Made by a program: the position numbers and the translations under genes
Shown here: piece by piece, positions 1-10,276 of the stretch
Layout: every line of letters begins with the position of its first letter
Numbering within the stretch: position 1 is the stretch's first letter
Assembly: GCA_018221105.1 (NCBI GenBank)
Contig: JAAOYA010000001.1
Location: 114,812-178,811 of the forward strand
Direction of reading: 5' to 3'
DNA length: 64,000 nt
DNA from: Candidatus Woesearchaeota archaeon
Lineage (GTDB): Archaea; Nanobdellota; Nanobdellia; Woesearchaeales; JAAOYA01
The notes under the pieces: generated by a model
Databases searched by the model: none
Told to the model about the DNA's origin: nothing
What the model saw: only the letters and a program-made list of their open reading frames with translations

Positions 1-392
1 ACTAAGTCTTCTTTTGGCAAACTGTTATTAAATGGCGGGCATATTAGATAAGTTGACAAAATCTTTTTTGGAAACTTATTTTCTGATAAGTACTTGGCCA
101 AAAAAATACCTCCGAGTGAGGAGCCGATTAAGATGACGTTATTGTCTAAATGTTTTGCATAGTTTTCAAAGTGAATCTTCCACTCTTCATACTTGGCATT
201 CTCTTTAAGCGGCATACGAGGGCGTATAATCTGAAAATCCTTGCCTAACTGTCTTGTTAGGTATTCATTGCTCCAATACTTTTTCTCTTCAAAACTTACT
301 TTTCTAGATTTTAAATATTTCAAAAAATCTTTTTTACTCTTAGAAGTAGTGCCGCCATGAATTATGATTACTTGAGTCTTTCTTTGTCCCAT
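1..392 (-). CDS. Alpha/beta hydrolase (RBBP9/YdeN-like), 3' end outside window
   Basis: Manual translation from ATG at 392: MGQRKTQVIIIHGG...RPRMP...YEEWK...ILIGSSLGG; IHGG oxyanion motif and GxSxG nucleophile elbow. Confidence 0.8.
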   Translation of the reverse strand, partial: MGQRKTQVIIIHGGTTSKSKKDFLKYLKSRKVSFEEKKYWSNEYLTRQLGKDFQIIRPRMPLKENAKYEEWKIHFENYAKHLDNNVILIGSSLGGIFLAKYLSENKFPKKILSTYLICPPFNNSLPKEDL

Positions 393-485
393 ACGTAAAT
401 TAGTCACAAGAACATTTATTAAATTATCGAGAATCTACTTGGTAGCATGGAAAAACTTATATATTGTTGATACTACTCTGCAGTT

Positions 486-1667
486 ATGAAAATATTTCGA
501 GAAGAGCACTTTGGAGGAGTATTGTATGACACAGATACTCTTAGATTTGAGTTAGTTCCAAGTGTTCCTGACAATGTGGATATAACCTTAAAACAAAATA
601 AGCCCCCACTAAGAACTGATATTCCTTCAGCCCCAGTTAGAAGCTACTTTGAACTGACAAGGCAGTGCACTCAAAGTTGTAAACATTGTTTTGTATCTTC
701 TTCTCCTAAAGCTCCTATGGGCTTAGCAACCGATCAACTTGAAAAGATAATTGATGAGTTGACAAGTAGTAGGGTCATTGATGTAAGATTCACAGGAGGA
801 GAATTAACTACACGTCCTGATTGGTTCGAAGTATTATCTTATGCTAAAAACAACGGACTACAAATCTCGGTAAATACTAATGGTGTCTATAAAGACCAAG
901 ATGAAGTAGTCAAAAAGATGAAAGAATTAGACCCGAATCAAGTAACTATTAGTATTGATGGAAATTCAGGGCATCACAACTTTATGAGAGGACCACATTC
1001 CTATGAATCGGCAATCGACACTCTTAAAAAGATGTCATCCTTAGGAATAAAAACCCGAACAAATACAGTTTTAACAAAATTAAACGTAGGCGATATTCCT
1101 CAAATCATCGAAGAAGTTTCTCCATACGTAGCTGAAATGAATTTCTTTCACATGAGACCAGTAGGAAGAGGAATAAATCAAAACAAGTTAAGCATGCAAT
1201 ATGATGACCATTTTGAATCAGCTAGAGATACAATTGCACTAAAAGAAAAATACCCTAATCTTAGCATAATGCACTTTGAACAATCTTATAGGGAAAGGGC
1301 TGTAAGTAAATCAGATGTGACTGTACTTGAAGATTCTTTATCTCATGGGACAACAACAATCAATATAGACTGTTTTGGCGGGGTTTGGCCAAATGGTTAC
1401 AATACTTACCAAGATGAAAGAATGTATTTGGGCAATTTATTAACTGAAACATTAGATTCGATTTGGAATGAAAATCAAACTCTTGATGCCATACGTGATT
1501 GGTTTAGGGCTATTCTAAAAAATTGTCAAGGGTGCGGCGAATATTTGCAGAAGTGCCCTGGGCTGAGTCCAGAAATGGAAATTGCGAACCAAAGTCATGG
1601 TATAAAAAATAATTTTTGTATTAGTGAAACTCCTATGCCTGTTTTGTTTGATAAAACTACAAAATGA
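486..1667 (+). CDS. Radical SAM protein with SPASM-like C-terminus and MftB/PqqD-like N-terminal strands
   Basis: CxxxCxxC (CTQSCKHC), FTGGE, NTNG, ISIDG; C-terminal GNL...IW and CxxC-x6-C. Confidence 0.9.
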   Translation: MKIFREEHFGGVLYDTDTLRFELVPSVPDNVDITLKQNKPPLRTDIPSAPVRSYFELTRQCTQSCKHCFVSSSPKAPMGLATDQLEKIIDELTSSRVIDVRFTGGELTTRPDWFEVLSYAKNNGLQISVNTNGVYKDQDEVVKKMKELDPNQVTISIDGNSGHHNFMRGPHSYESAIDTLKKMSSLGIKTRTNTVLTKLNVGDIPQIIEEVSPYVAEMNFFHMRPVGRGINQNKLSMQYDDHFESARDTIALKEKYPNLSIMHFEQSYRERAVSKSDVTVLEDSLSHGTTTINIDCFGGVWPNGYNTYQDERMYLGNLLTETLDSIWNENQTLDAIRDWFRAILKNCQGCGEYLQKCPGLSPEMEIANQSHGIKNNFCISETPMPVLFDKTTK

Positions 1668-2083
1668 ACACTCAATTTATAATAAAACCTGATGCTTACA
1701 GAAGAAGAGATGAATTAATAGGCTTTATCCAAAACAGAGGATATTCAGTCTTTAGGGTTCAAGATTTCAAAATGATTCCTGAAATTTTTAATTCATTATA
1801 CAAGGGATTAATTCCAGAAACCATTATTAGCGGGGTTTTTGAGTATTTAACTGAAGATTTTTGTGTGAAAGTAGAATCTGATATCTCGATTAATAATTTA
1901 ATGGGGTTAAGCGGAACTAACACAGATCCTTTTTTTTGTTCGAAAGGCACTATCAGACGAGAATTCGGTGCAGGAAAAGGAGTTTCCAAATTAGGAGTCA
2001 GAGTAATTAGGAACGCAATTCACAGACCTAAGACCATCAATCAAAATAAAAGGGAAATAATATTATTAGAAGAACTCTTATGA
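1664..2083 (+). CDS. ndk: Nucleoside diphosphate kinase-like protein (divergent)
   Basis: IIKPDA, GxTDP, GTIRxxFG, RNAIH catalytic His; ATGA overlap with the rSAM gene. Confidence 0.8.
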   Translation: MNTQFIIKPDAYRRRDELIGFIQNRGYSVFRVQDFKMIPEIFNSLYKGLIPETIISGVFEYLTEDFCVKVESDISINNLMGLSGTNTDPFFCSKGTIRREFGAGKGVSKLGVRVIRNAIHRPKTINQNKREIILLEELL

Positions 2084-2086
2084 TTC

Positions 2087-2536
2087 TTATCTTTTTGTCA
2101 GGATTTTATATAGTGCTTTAAAGGCTTCTTTATTATCATTCCATTTAAGCATTTCAATTGCTTTATCAAAAGGAACCCATTGGAATTGTTCGTGCTCAAC
2201 ACAAATATTAGCATCTAGCTTTACTTTTACGTCTGGCTTGACCTCAAAGCCAAATACATATTCCGTTAATGGAGTGCTCTCTTTTCCTGTTAGATAATCA
2301 TTGTGCATGGTAAACTGATACACCTCTTCAATTACCTTAATCACTTTATCTTTAGATATACTTGTTTCTTCTTCTATTTCTCTATAGCACGCATCTAAAA
2401 GCGATTTATCATTTTGTTCAACACCGCCACAAGGAGGTTGCCAAAACGATCCTTTTTCAGGAACTCTCTTCAATAATAAAAATTCAAATTTTTCTTTCTT
2501 CCTAAAAACTATACATTCAACTTGTTTAGTTCGCAT
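2087..2536 (-). CDS. NUDIX hydrolase (NudB/dATP pyrophosphohydrolase-like)
   Basis: LLLKR...FWQ..GGVE...ACYREIEEETS Nudix box; EH..FQW; ATG at 2536. Confidence 0.88.
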   Translation of the reverse strand: MRTKQVECIVFRKKEKFEFLLLKRVPEKGSFWQPPCGGVEQNDKSLLDACYREIEEETSISKDKVIKVIEEVYQFTMHNDYLTGKESTPLTEYVFGFEVKPDVKVKLDANICVEHEQFQWVPFDKAIEMLKWNDNKEAFKALYKILTKR

Positions 2537-2644
2537 TTTCAAAACCTATTAACTGCACTTGAGAAAAACCTAAATTGGTTTATAAACTTATTGATTATTT
2601 TTTACGAGTAATACGCTCCGGTATGGCTCGCATAGGATATTCAA

Positions 2645-3730
2645 TTATCTTAAAGCCCTGTTTATTGCACTCATAGTGAAATATCCAGCGTCTAATTTTT
2701 TTTGTATTTCTTTTAATTTTTCAAAATCAATTTGCAAGTTTTTAAAATCAACAGTTTCAATATCGCATAAATTGTCTATTGTGATTCCTATCTTATTTAA
2801 TTCTACAAATTCACCTATGTAAGTGTTTGAAGGAACAATTAGGGGTAGTAGTGATCTAATATACAGCGAACATTTATGCGGGGCAATCATTCTATAATAG
2901 TCTTTTTGGAGTGGATTAAATTCATCCCACAATAGTCCAAAGTCATTGTTTTCATTTAAAATTTGAGGTAATATATTAGGGTTTACAGAACCGTTATAAG
3001 TTATATCGCTGCGTTGATAAAAATCTCTAGGAAAATCTGAACCATACACATTATAATTCAGGTTAGGATTTTTTGGAAGTTCAGAATAGAGCATGTCCAA
3101 TAATTTTTTTTTGGAAATGCCTAAATATCCTGCAAACGCTATATTGCTTGTTTTACCATTTCTCAATTTTGGTACAAAAGGAAGTCCTTTATAATCGAAA
3201 ATATTTAAGGAGAACATTTTCTTATGAGGTATATTAAAGTAAGATGATAAATAATCAATCATTGGCACGCTATGCGCAATTATAGAATCGGATTCCAGCA
3301 TCAACTTTAGTTCTAAGTCATATGTTTCAGTTAGTTGACTGTTGCTTGGAGATTTCCCAAATATTGAGGATTGAATGGATTTAATGTCATGTACTAAAGT
3401 GATTTTATGATCTGAAATTTTGTGTATTAATTCTAGTGCTTTGAAGGGAATATCAGAACTATTTCGGGTTACATTAATGACTGGTTTTAACGGGTACTGA
3501 AGAATTGTTCCAAATAGTTTTTTCCCCTCTCTTGAAATTTGTTGATGAACTTTCAAATCTTTTTCTAACTGTTCTAATTTATCATGCTTAATGTGAATAG
3601 TTTGCACTCCTTGACTTTCAAGAAATTCTCGAATATCTCTACGAACTTTTGGGGCGGCATAATTTTTTCTAGGCAAGTCAGACCAAAAAGTTATTAAATA
3701 ATAATCTCTGGCATCAATAGTATCTGTCAT
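2645..3730 (-). CDS. GT-B glycosyltransferase (Gtf3/galactofuranosyltransferase-like)
   Basis: AAPKVRRDI, LVHDI, IIAHS, IFDY, FAG, FGLLW, PHKCSLY..LPLIV motifs. Confidence 0.8.
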   Translation of the reverse strand: MTDTIDARDYYLITFWSDLPRKNYAAPKVRRDIREFLESQGVQTIHIKHDKLEQLEKDLKVHQQISREGKKLFGTILQYPLKPVINVTRNSSDIPFKALELIHKISDHKITLVHDIKSIQSSIFGKSPSNSQLTETYDLELKLMLESDSIIAHSVPMIDYLSSYFNIPHKKMFSLNIFDYKGLPFVPKLRNGKTSNIAFAGYLGISKKKLLDMLYSELPKNPNLNYNVYGSDFPRDFYQRSDITYNGSVNPNILPQILNENNDFGLLWDEFNPLQKDYYRMIAPHKCSLYIRSLLPLIVPSNTYIGEFVELNKIGITIDNLCDIETVDFKNLQIDFEKLKEIQKKLDAGYFTMSAINRALR

Positions 3731-3835
3731 TACTCAGTGGAAGTTATTTTGAGTATATAAAGGTTTTATAAACTATCGTTAAGGTCGTCTTTGTTCATTA
3801 AATTTTTGGCAAGAGGTAATGTGTCGTACTTAGAA

Positions 3836-4318
3836 TTATAAGTTGGTTTTAAGTTTTTTAAATATGTTTTTTCGGTACCATAACAGTTCTAGATTTTCTG
3901 TTATTTTTTCTTTTTTTGTTAGAATAAAACCTTTTGTTTTGAATATTTGATTGTTTTGCATGAATTCGAAAGTGTCAGCGATAATTTCTCGTATTTTTCT
4001 TTTTTTACATTCTTCTGTAAACTGTTTCAAAAGTGCTTTTTTTGCAGTTATATCATTACCTGAAAGATAGTGTATCATTACAACACTATCACTTTTTTGA
4101 TATCCAACAATAAAATTTGTTATTACATTATTATTTACTGCTACAAAACCTATCAAATTAGTGTTTTCAAACTCTTTTAAAATTTTTTTTTTGCTAGCGT
4201 GCTCTTTAAACTTTTCAATCATCTCTTTTGGAAAAAGAGGATTAGGTTTTTCTAAATCCGTAAGCATTAACTCAGATATAACGCTTGCATCATCCTTTGA
4301 AGCTGTTATGATTTTCAT
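3836..4318 (-). CDS. GNAT-fold acetyltransferase-like protein
   Basis: Size and pattern (GFVA...LLKQF..ECKKR.I...F.TKGF); acetyl-CoA motif degenerate. Confidence 0.55.
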   Translation of the reverse strand: MKIITASKDDASVISELMLTDLEKPNPLFPKEMIEKFKEHASKKKILKEFENTNLIGFVAVNNNVITNFIVGYQKSDSVVMIHYLSGNDITAKKALLKQFTEECKKRKIREIIADTFEFMQNNQIFKTKGFILTKKEKITENLELLWYRKNIFKKLKTNL

Positions 4319-5054
4319 GTTGTTTTATTGTTTTGTATGATTGTTTTAGGAATTGTTCAAAGTTTTGATTGTTTTTTTGTGATTGAGTGTATAAGTCACT
4401 AAAATATTCTAGAATTGTTCTCCTTCTAACTTTTATTTTCTGGTGTTCTTGATAACCTTTTTCTTTTGCTCGTAAAATCTTAAAAAACTTTGAAGTGTTT
4501 AACAAGACTACTGCTAGTATCTCGCTTAAATGCCATATTATGTGCGGACCATCAAAGCTTTTCTCACTATGACGAGGGAAAACTTCTTTCCATTTTTTAA
4601 AATAATAAAAATGCAGCACTTCATGAGCAATAGCAAGCTTGGCATAACGATTGTTATACTGGTATGATACTGCAAAATCTTTTTTTTGCAAGTCTCGAGG
4701 ACAAATTGGCGATATTGTAACATAAGCGGTAAGCTTAAAACTGGCTTTTTTTAACTCGAGAATTTTTTTAAGAAGTTGCTCGTATTCGTTGTTTATTTTT
4801 TCCCAAGCACCTCTTAACTCTTTTTTTCTTTTTTCAAGCTTTTTATTATTATTTTTGTGATACTGTTGTACATATTCTTGAATTACTTGTAACTTGTCCT
4901 TTCTGGTCTTGACTTTTTCTAGTTCTTTTTTCAATATTGGGTGACAATCAAAGACATAACCGCTCCAATCCCAATCACCTCTACCCGGCAGAGCAAACCT
5001 TTGTAATGTTTCGATATCATATTTTTTAGATATTTTGAATTTAATATTTAGCAT
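4290..5054 (-). CDS. Hypothetical protein with HExxH zincin-like motif
   Basis: AHEVLHF followed by a downstream E (WHLSEIL). Confidence 0.55.
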   Translation of the reverse strand: MLNIKFKISKKYDIETLQRFALPGRGDWDWSGYVFDCHPILKKELEKVKTRKDKLQVIQEYVQQYHKNNNKKLEKRKKELRGAWEKINNEYEQLLKKILELKKASFKLTAYVTISPICPRDLQKKDFAVSYQYNNRYAKLAIAHEVLHFYYFKKWKEVFPRHSEKSFDGPHIIWHLSEILAVVLLNTSKFFKILRAKEKGYQEHQKIKVRRRTILEYFSDLYTQSQKNNQNFEQFLKQSYKTIKQHENHNSFKG

Positions 5055-5135
5055 AATGCCTTTTTTCTTTTGTGTTTTATATTGTTTATGGAAATTTAGA
5101 GATTAAAAAAGAGAAACAACTATACTATTCTCATA

Positions 5136-5981
5136 TCACATGTCTTCTAGTATTGGCTTGTCTGTTAGAAATTCGCTTTCAAGACCGAGCTTGCTAAAGT
5201 ATTCGCACATCTCAATACAAGCAAATTTTTCTGTAGAATAATGTGTACCGCCAAGAATATTGATGCCGTGTTTTTTTGCATACTTGTGAGCTTTACTAGC
5301 GTGGTCATTATGGATTGATACTCCGACAATAAAAGTGTTAACACCTTCTCGTACCATTTCTTCTAACAAATTAATTTCGTTACCGCCGCCCGCGATAACA
5401 GCTATCTTGCTTGGTTTTTCTGATCCGTAAGCGTAAAGTTTAGCCTGGTGACCTAAAACTTTTTCAAATTGTTTTTTTAATTCGCCAACAGACTCTAGTT
5501 CTGTTGTGCTTATAACACCACACAATGCCCCGAAATATTCGCCAAAAGATTTCTCAACAGTCAAGCCTATTTTTTCTGCGAGAGTGACGCTTGTTGCGTA
5601 AGGACTATAATTATCTAATGGAACGTGCAAATTATAAATGCTGATTTGGCGTTCTTGAAACTGTTTTAACAGTTTAACATCCATGTTTTCAAAAACTTTT
5701 GGAGCGTTGCGAATATCCCAAATACAAGGGTGATGCACGAAAAGCATAACATTAGATTCTTCACTATCAAGAATTTTTTGCATTAATTGATTTGATGGAA
5801 AGACCGCGGTGTAAACCTTGTCAATCTCTTCTGTGTTATCGCACACTATGCCCATTGAGCGTTTTTTAAAGTTTTCACTAAGAAAATTCTTAATAGGCTC
5901 CATGTACTGCGCCCACTTATCGCTCATCTCTGGAGTGATAAAATCTTTTTCTAATTGCTCGTAAAGCTTTATTGCTTTCAT
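5136..5981 (-). CDS. Nif3/DUF34 dinuclear metal-centre protein
   Basis: FVHHP, LHVPLD, KIAVIAGGG, GTHYSTE; start moved to ATG at 5981 to avoid overlap with proS. Confidence 0.85.
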   Translation of the reverse strand: MKAIKLYEQLEKDFITPEMSDKWAQYMEPIKNFLSENFKKRSMGIVCDNTEEIDKVYTAVFPSNQLMQKILDSEESNVMLFVHHPCIWDIRNAPKVFENMDVKLLKQFQERQISIYNLHVPLDNYSPYATSVTLAEKIGLTVEKSFGEYFGALCGVISTTELESVGELKKQFEKVLGHQAKLYAYGSEKPSKIAVIAGGGNEINLLEEMVREGVNTFIVGVSIHNDHASKAHKYAKKHGINILGGTHYSTEKFACIEMCEYFSKLGLESEFLTDKPILEDM

Positions 5982-6056
5982 GCAAGAAAAGATAAAACAG
6001 TTATATTTAATTGTTTTTAGTAATCTTTTTAAATTACTCCTGGGTATGATGTTATT

Positions 6057-7508
6057 ATGACGAAAAAAGAAAAGCAGCAAGGCATCACAGTCAAGAAATT
6101 TGATGATTTTGGCGAGTGGTATACTCAGGTTATTCAAAAGGCGGAGCTTATAGAGTATACTGACGTGAGTGGTTGTATTGTTTTTAGGCCTTATTCTTAT
6201 GCTATTTGGGAGAAATTACAAGCTAACATTGATAAATTAATCAAGAATCGTGGAGTGCAAAACGCTTATTTTCCATTGTTCATCCCAGAAAAACTTTTAG
6301 TTAAGGAGTCCGAGCATGTTGAAGGGTTTAGTCCTGAAGTGGCGTGGGTGACACACGCTGGTAACACGAAACTTACAGAACGCCTAGCTATAAGACCAAC
6401 AAGTGAGACAATTATGTATGATTCTTATAAAAAGTGGATTCGGTCACATCGGGATTTACCACTAAAAATAAACCAGTGGTGCTCGGTAGTGCGTTGGGAG
6501 TTTAAACACCCAATACCATTTTTGAGAACAAGGGAGTTTTTGTGGCAGGAAGGACACACAGCTTTTGCTACAAAAAAAGAGGCTGATGAGGAAGCTATGG
6601 ACATATTAGTAAACGTTTATAACAGCACATTAAAAGATATGTTGGCATTACCGACTATTATAGGCACAAAGTCAGAAAAAGAAAAGTTCGCAGGAGCAGA
6701 GTACTCTTTAAGCGCTGAGCTTTTCTTGCCAAACAATAAAGCAATACAAGGTTGTACTAGTCATCACTTAAGTCAGAACTTTTCAAAACCCTTCAACTTA
6801 CAATTTATTGACGAGAACGAAAAAAAACAGTTTGTTTACCAAAACAGTTGGGGGTTTAGCACTAGAACAATAGGAATTGCAATAATGGTACATTCTGATG
6901 ATAAAGGATTAGTGTTGCCGCCAAAAATTGCTCCAATACAAGCAGTCATTATACCAATACTTTTTGACAAAACAAAAAATGCAGTTTTAAAAGAAGCAAA
7001 AAAGGTTGTTCAATCACTAAAAGGCATTAGTGTGCACTTAGACGATCGCGAGGAGTATCGTCCTGGTTGGAAGTATAATGAGTGGGAATTAAAAGGAGTG
7101 CCCCTAAGAGTAGAGTTCGGGCCAAAAGACATGGAGAAAAAACAAGCAATGATTGTAAGACGTGATACTGGCGAGAAAATTGTTGTAAAACTAAAAGACA
7201 TTAACAAAAAAGTTAACGAACTATTAGAAAAAATACAAGACAATTTATACACTAAAGCAAAAAAATTCTTAAACTCTTCGATAGATAAGGCAGATAATAA
7301 AAAAGATTTTTTAACAAAACTAAAGGCTGGAAAACTTGTGTTAGCACCATTTTGTAACACTGTAGATTGTGAAGATATACTAAAAGACGCCACCGGAGGT
7401 GCTAAGAGTATTAACACTCCTTTTGATAAAAAAGAATTAAAAAACACTAAATGCGTATTCTGTAATAAACCTGCAAAAGAATTATACTATTTTGCAAAGA
7501 GTTATTAG
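6057..7508 (+). CDS. proS: Proline--tRNA ligase (archaeal/eukaryotic type)
   Basis: IRPTSET, VVRWE, FLRTREFLWQEGHT, C-terminal AKSY. Confidence 0.98.
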   Translation: MTKKEKQQGITVKKFDDFGEWYTQVIQKAELIEYTDVSGCIVFRPYSYAIWEKLQANIDKLIKNRGVQNAYFPLFIPEKLLVKESEHVEGFSPEVAWVTHAGNTKLTERLAIRPTSETIMYDSYKKWIRSHRDLPLKINQWCSVVRWEFKHPIPFLRTREFLWQEGHTAFATKKEADEEAMDILVNVYNSTLKDMLALPTIIGTKSEKEKFAGAEYSLSAELFLPNNKAIQGCTSHHLSQNFSKPFNLQFIDENEKKQFVYQNSWGFSTRTIGIAIMVHSDDKGLVLPPKIAPIQAVIIPILFDKTKNAVLKEAKKVVQSLKGISVHLDDREEYRPGWKYNEWELKGVPLRVEFGPKDMEKKQAMIVRRDTGEKIVVKLKDINKKVNELLEKIQDNLYTKAKKFLNSSIDKADNKKDFLTKLKAGKLVLAPFCNTVDCEDILKDATGGAKSINTPFDKKELKNTKCVFCNKPAKELYYFAKSY

Positions 7509-7545
7509 TAACTTTTTTAAATTAGCCATTGATTAATGTTCTATT

Positions 7546-8961
7546 ATGAAATTGTATGATACTTTAGTTAGGAAAAAAGTTGAATTTAAACCATTAAAAG
7601 ATAATACTGTTAGGGTTTACACTTGTGGGCCGACAGTTTACGGGCCATTACACTTAGGCCATGTTAGAACAGCAGTAGCCTATGACTTCATGCTAGAGTA
7701 TTTTAGAACTTTCAAAAAATATAAGGTCTTGCACGTGATGAATATTACTGACGTTGGCCATATTGTTGGTGATGTTGATGATGGAGAGGATAAGATTGTC
7801 AAAGCTGCAAAACAACAAAAAATTCATCCAATGGAACTCGTGGATCATTATATTAAAGACGCTTTTGACGGTTATGACGCGCTAAAATGCAAAAGGCCAA
7901 ACATTGCGCCGCGCGCCACTGGCCACATTGTAGAAATACAGGATTGGACAAAAAAACTAATCGAAAAAGGTTACGCGTACGAGGTTGATGGTGACGTGTA
8001 CTTTGACGTTTCAAAAGCAAAAAATTATGGTAAACTATCAGGTCAAAAACTTGAAACATTAAAAGAAGCAGTCAGAATCGATCCAAACTCAAAAAAGCGC
8101 AGCTCAGTAGATTTCGCGCTTTGGAAAAAAGCAGAAGCACAACACATTCTCAAATGGAGCAGTCCTTGGGGTGAAGGTTATCCTGGATGGCATATTGAAT
8201 GCTCTGTTATGAGCAGTAAATACTTGTCAACACCTTTTGACATTCATGGTGGTGCCAGAGAATTATCATTTCCGCACCACGAGAATGAGATAGCACAATC
8301 AGAAGCCTACACTGGCAAAAAGTTCGTAAATCACTGGGTGCACACAGGATTATTACTGGTTAATGGCGAGAAAATGGCTAAGAGCGCTAACAATTTTATC
8401 ACAGTCGAAATTGCACTAAAAACTTATTCTCCAGAACAAATAAGGTGGTTTTTGATTAGCAGTCGTTACAATTCAGAAGTCGATTTTAGTGACAAACACT
8501 TAATAGCTGCCAAAACCAGCCTTGAGAGAATTAACAATTTCTTGTTTCACCTACAACAAGTAAAAACACTAAAAGAAAATAAAACTTTAACAAAACTATT
8601 GACCGATTTCACAAAAGGTTTTGAGGCTGCAATGGATGATGATTTGAACACTCCAATAGCCTTAAGCCAAATCTATGATTTTATTACAAAAGCTAACAAA
8701 CAAGAAATCGACAAGAAAAATCAAAAAAACATATTGGAATTTTTCAAAAAAATTGATAGTGTTTTCAAAGTTTTCACATTCGAGCAAACCATCACTGGCT
8801 CACTAACAGAGAAAGATATTGAAGTTTTAATAAAAAAACGCGCAGCACTAAAAAAAGTAAAAAACTGGTCTGCTGCTGACAAGATTCGCGACGAATTAAA
8901 AAGTCAAGGCGTTGAACTGTTAGACCAAAAGGACGGTAGCACAATCTATAAGAGAAGTTAA
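7546..8961 (+). CDS. cysS: Cysteine--tRNA ligase
   Basis: CGPTVY, HLGH, PGWHIECS, FPHHENE, KMAKS. Confidence 0.98.
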   Translation: MKLYDTLVRKKVEFKPLKDNTVRVYTCGPTVYGPLHLGHVRTAVAYDFMLEYFRTFKKYKVLHVMNITDVGHIVGDVDDGEDKIVKAAKQQKIHPMELVDHYIKDAFDGYDALKCKRPNIAPRATGHIVEIQDWTKKLIEKGYAYEVDGDVYFDVSKAKNYGKLSGQKLETLKEAVRIDPNSKKRSSVDFALWKKAEAQHILKWSSPWGEGYPGWHIECSVMSSKYLSTPFDIHGGARELSFPHHENEIAQSEAYTGKKFVNHWVHTGLLLVNGEKMAKSANNFITVEIALKTYSPEQIRWFLISSRYNSEVDFSDKHLIAAKTSLERINNFLFHLQQVKTLKENKTLTKLLTDFTKGFEAAMDDDLNTPIALSQIYDFITKANKQEIDKKNQKNILEFFKKIDSVFKVFTFEQTITGSLTEKDIEVLIKKRAALKKVKNWSAADKIRDELKSQGVELLDQKDGSTIYKRS

Positions 8962-10241
8962 TTCTTAACAGAAATTACTTTTTTATCCATCATGTAAGCT
9001 TGCAATGCTTTAGGAATCTTGATACTGCCATCTTTTTGCTGGTGTGTTTCCATTATTGCAACTATCGCTCTTGATGTTGCTATTGCTGTGTTGTTTAATG
9101 TGTGAGGGGTGTACTTCTCACCCTTTTTATTAATTGTGCGAATGCCTAGTTTTCTTGCCTGCGCACTAGTCAAGTTTGAACAACTACCAACTTCATAGTA
9201 TTCTTTTGTTATTGGACTGTAAGCTTCTACGTCTACTTGTTTGTGTTTTAATTCTCCTAAGTCTCCAGAGCACATCTCAAGTACTCTTGTTGGGACTTTT
9301 AGGTCTTTGAAAATATCAACTGTTATTTTTTTTAGTTTTTCAAAATATTTTTTTGACTCTTCTGGCTTGCAGATGACTATCATCTCGACTTTGTTGAACT
9401 GGTGGGTGCGATAAAGCCCTTTTTCTGTGATGCCGTGTGCTCCTGTTTCTTTTCTAAAGCACATTGAGTATGACGCGTTTAATATTGGCAATTGTTCTTC
9501 TTGTAGTATTGTGTCAATAAATCGTCCAATCAATGAATGTTCTGATGTGCCTATCAAGTACAAGTCTTCGCCTTCTATCTTGTAGATTTGATTCTCTTGA
9601 TCGTGCAAATCTGTCACGTTATTGATTACTTTTTGGCGTAGCATAAGAGGAGTCTCAATATAGGTAAAGCCTTCAGAGACCATTTTTTTAATAGAGTGTT
9701 GTATTAATGCCTGATTTAATAATGCTAAATCATTTTTTAAGTAATAGAATCCTTTGCCGCTAGTCTTAGCAGAATTTTCAAAGTCTAATTGTCCTAAAGC
9801 TTCGCCTAAAGCAATGTGGTGTTTTGGCGTAAATGAGAATTTTGGTATTTCACCGTGCTTTTCTCGTTGTTTATTGTGTGAGTCGTCAGGGCCTATCGGA
9901 ACTTTTTCTTCAATAATATTAGGTATTTGCGATAATAATTGTACTAGTTCAACTTGTAGTTTGTCAACGTCGCCTTGTAGTTTGTCAATCTTTTTAGGGA
10001 TGCTTTTAGCCTTCTCAATCAATGGTTTTAATGGTTTTTTTTCTTTTTTCGCAGTGTTAATTGCTGCGGAAACTTTGTTGCGATCAGCTTTTAAACTGTC
10101 AAGTTCGAACTTTTTTTTGCGCCACTCAACATCTAGTTTAGAAATTTTGTCAACCAATGGTAGTTTTTCTTTTTGGAATTTTTTCTTAATATTTTCTTTT
10201 ACAAGTTTTGGATTTTCGCGAATAAGTTTTATGTCAATCAT
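8958..10241 (-). CDS. serS: Serine--tRNA ligase (canonical type)
   Basis: N-terminal coiled coil, GTSEH, CFRKE, RTHQFNKVE, HTLNNTAIA. Confidence 0.98.
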   Translation of the reverse strand: MIDIKLIRENPKLVKENIKKKFQKEKLPLVDKISKLDVEWRKKKFELDSLKADRNKVSAAINTAKKEKKPLKPLIEKAKSIPKKIDKLQGDVDKLQVELVQLLSQIPNIIEEKVPIGPDDSHNKQREKHGEIPKFSFTPKHHIALGEALGQLDFENSAKTSGKGFYYLKNDLALLNQALIQHSIKKMVSEGFTYIETPLMLRQKVINNVTDLHDQENQIYKIEGEDLYLIGTSEHSLIGRFIDTILQEEQLPILNASYSMCFRKETGAHGITEKGLYRTHQFNKVEMIVICKPEESKKYFEKLKKITVDIFKDLKVPTRVLEMCSGDLGELKHKQVDVEAYSPITKEYYEVGSCSNLTSAQARKLGIRTINKKGEKYTPHTLNNTAIATSRAIVAIMETHQQKDGSIKIPKALQAYMMDKKVISVKN

Positions 10242-10276
10242 AGTATAGTTAGAATTGGTCGATTATTTAAAGTTTT

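Noticed and set aside
486..1667. Prokaryotic viperin (TRQC...CF motif next to a kinase)
   Set aside because: Has a SPASM-like Cys C-terminus and MftC/PqqE-like context motifs; viperin-specific residues not recognisable
5982..6137. N-terminal extension of the Nif3 ORF in the track
   Set aside because: Overlaps proS antisense; better start at 5981 with a TATA upstream
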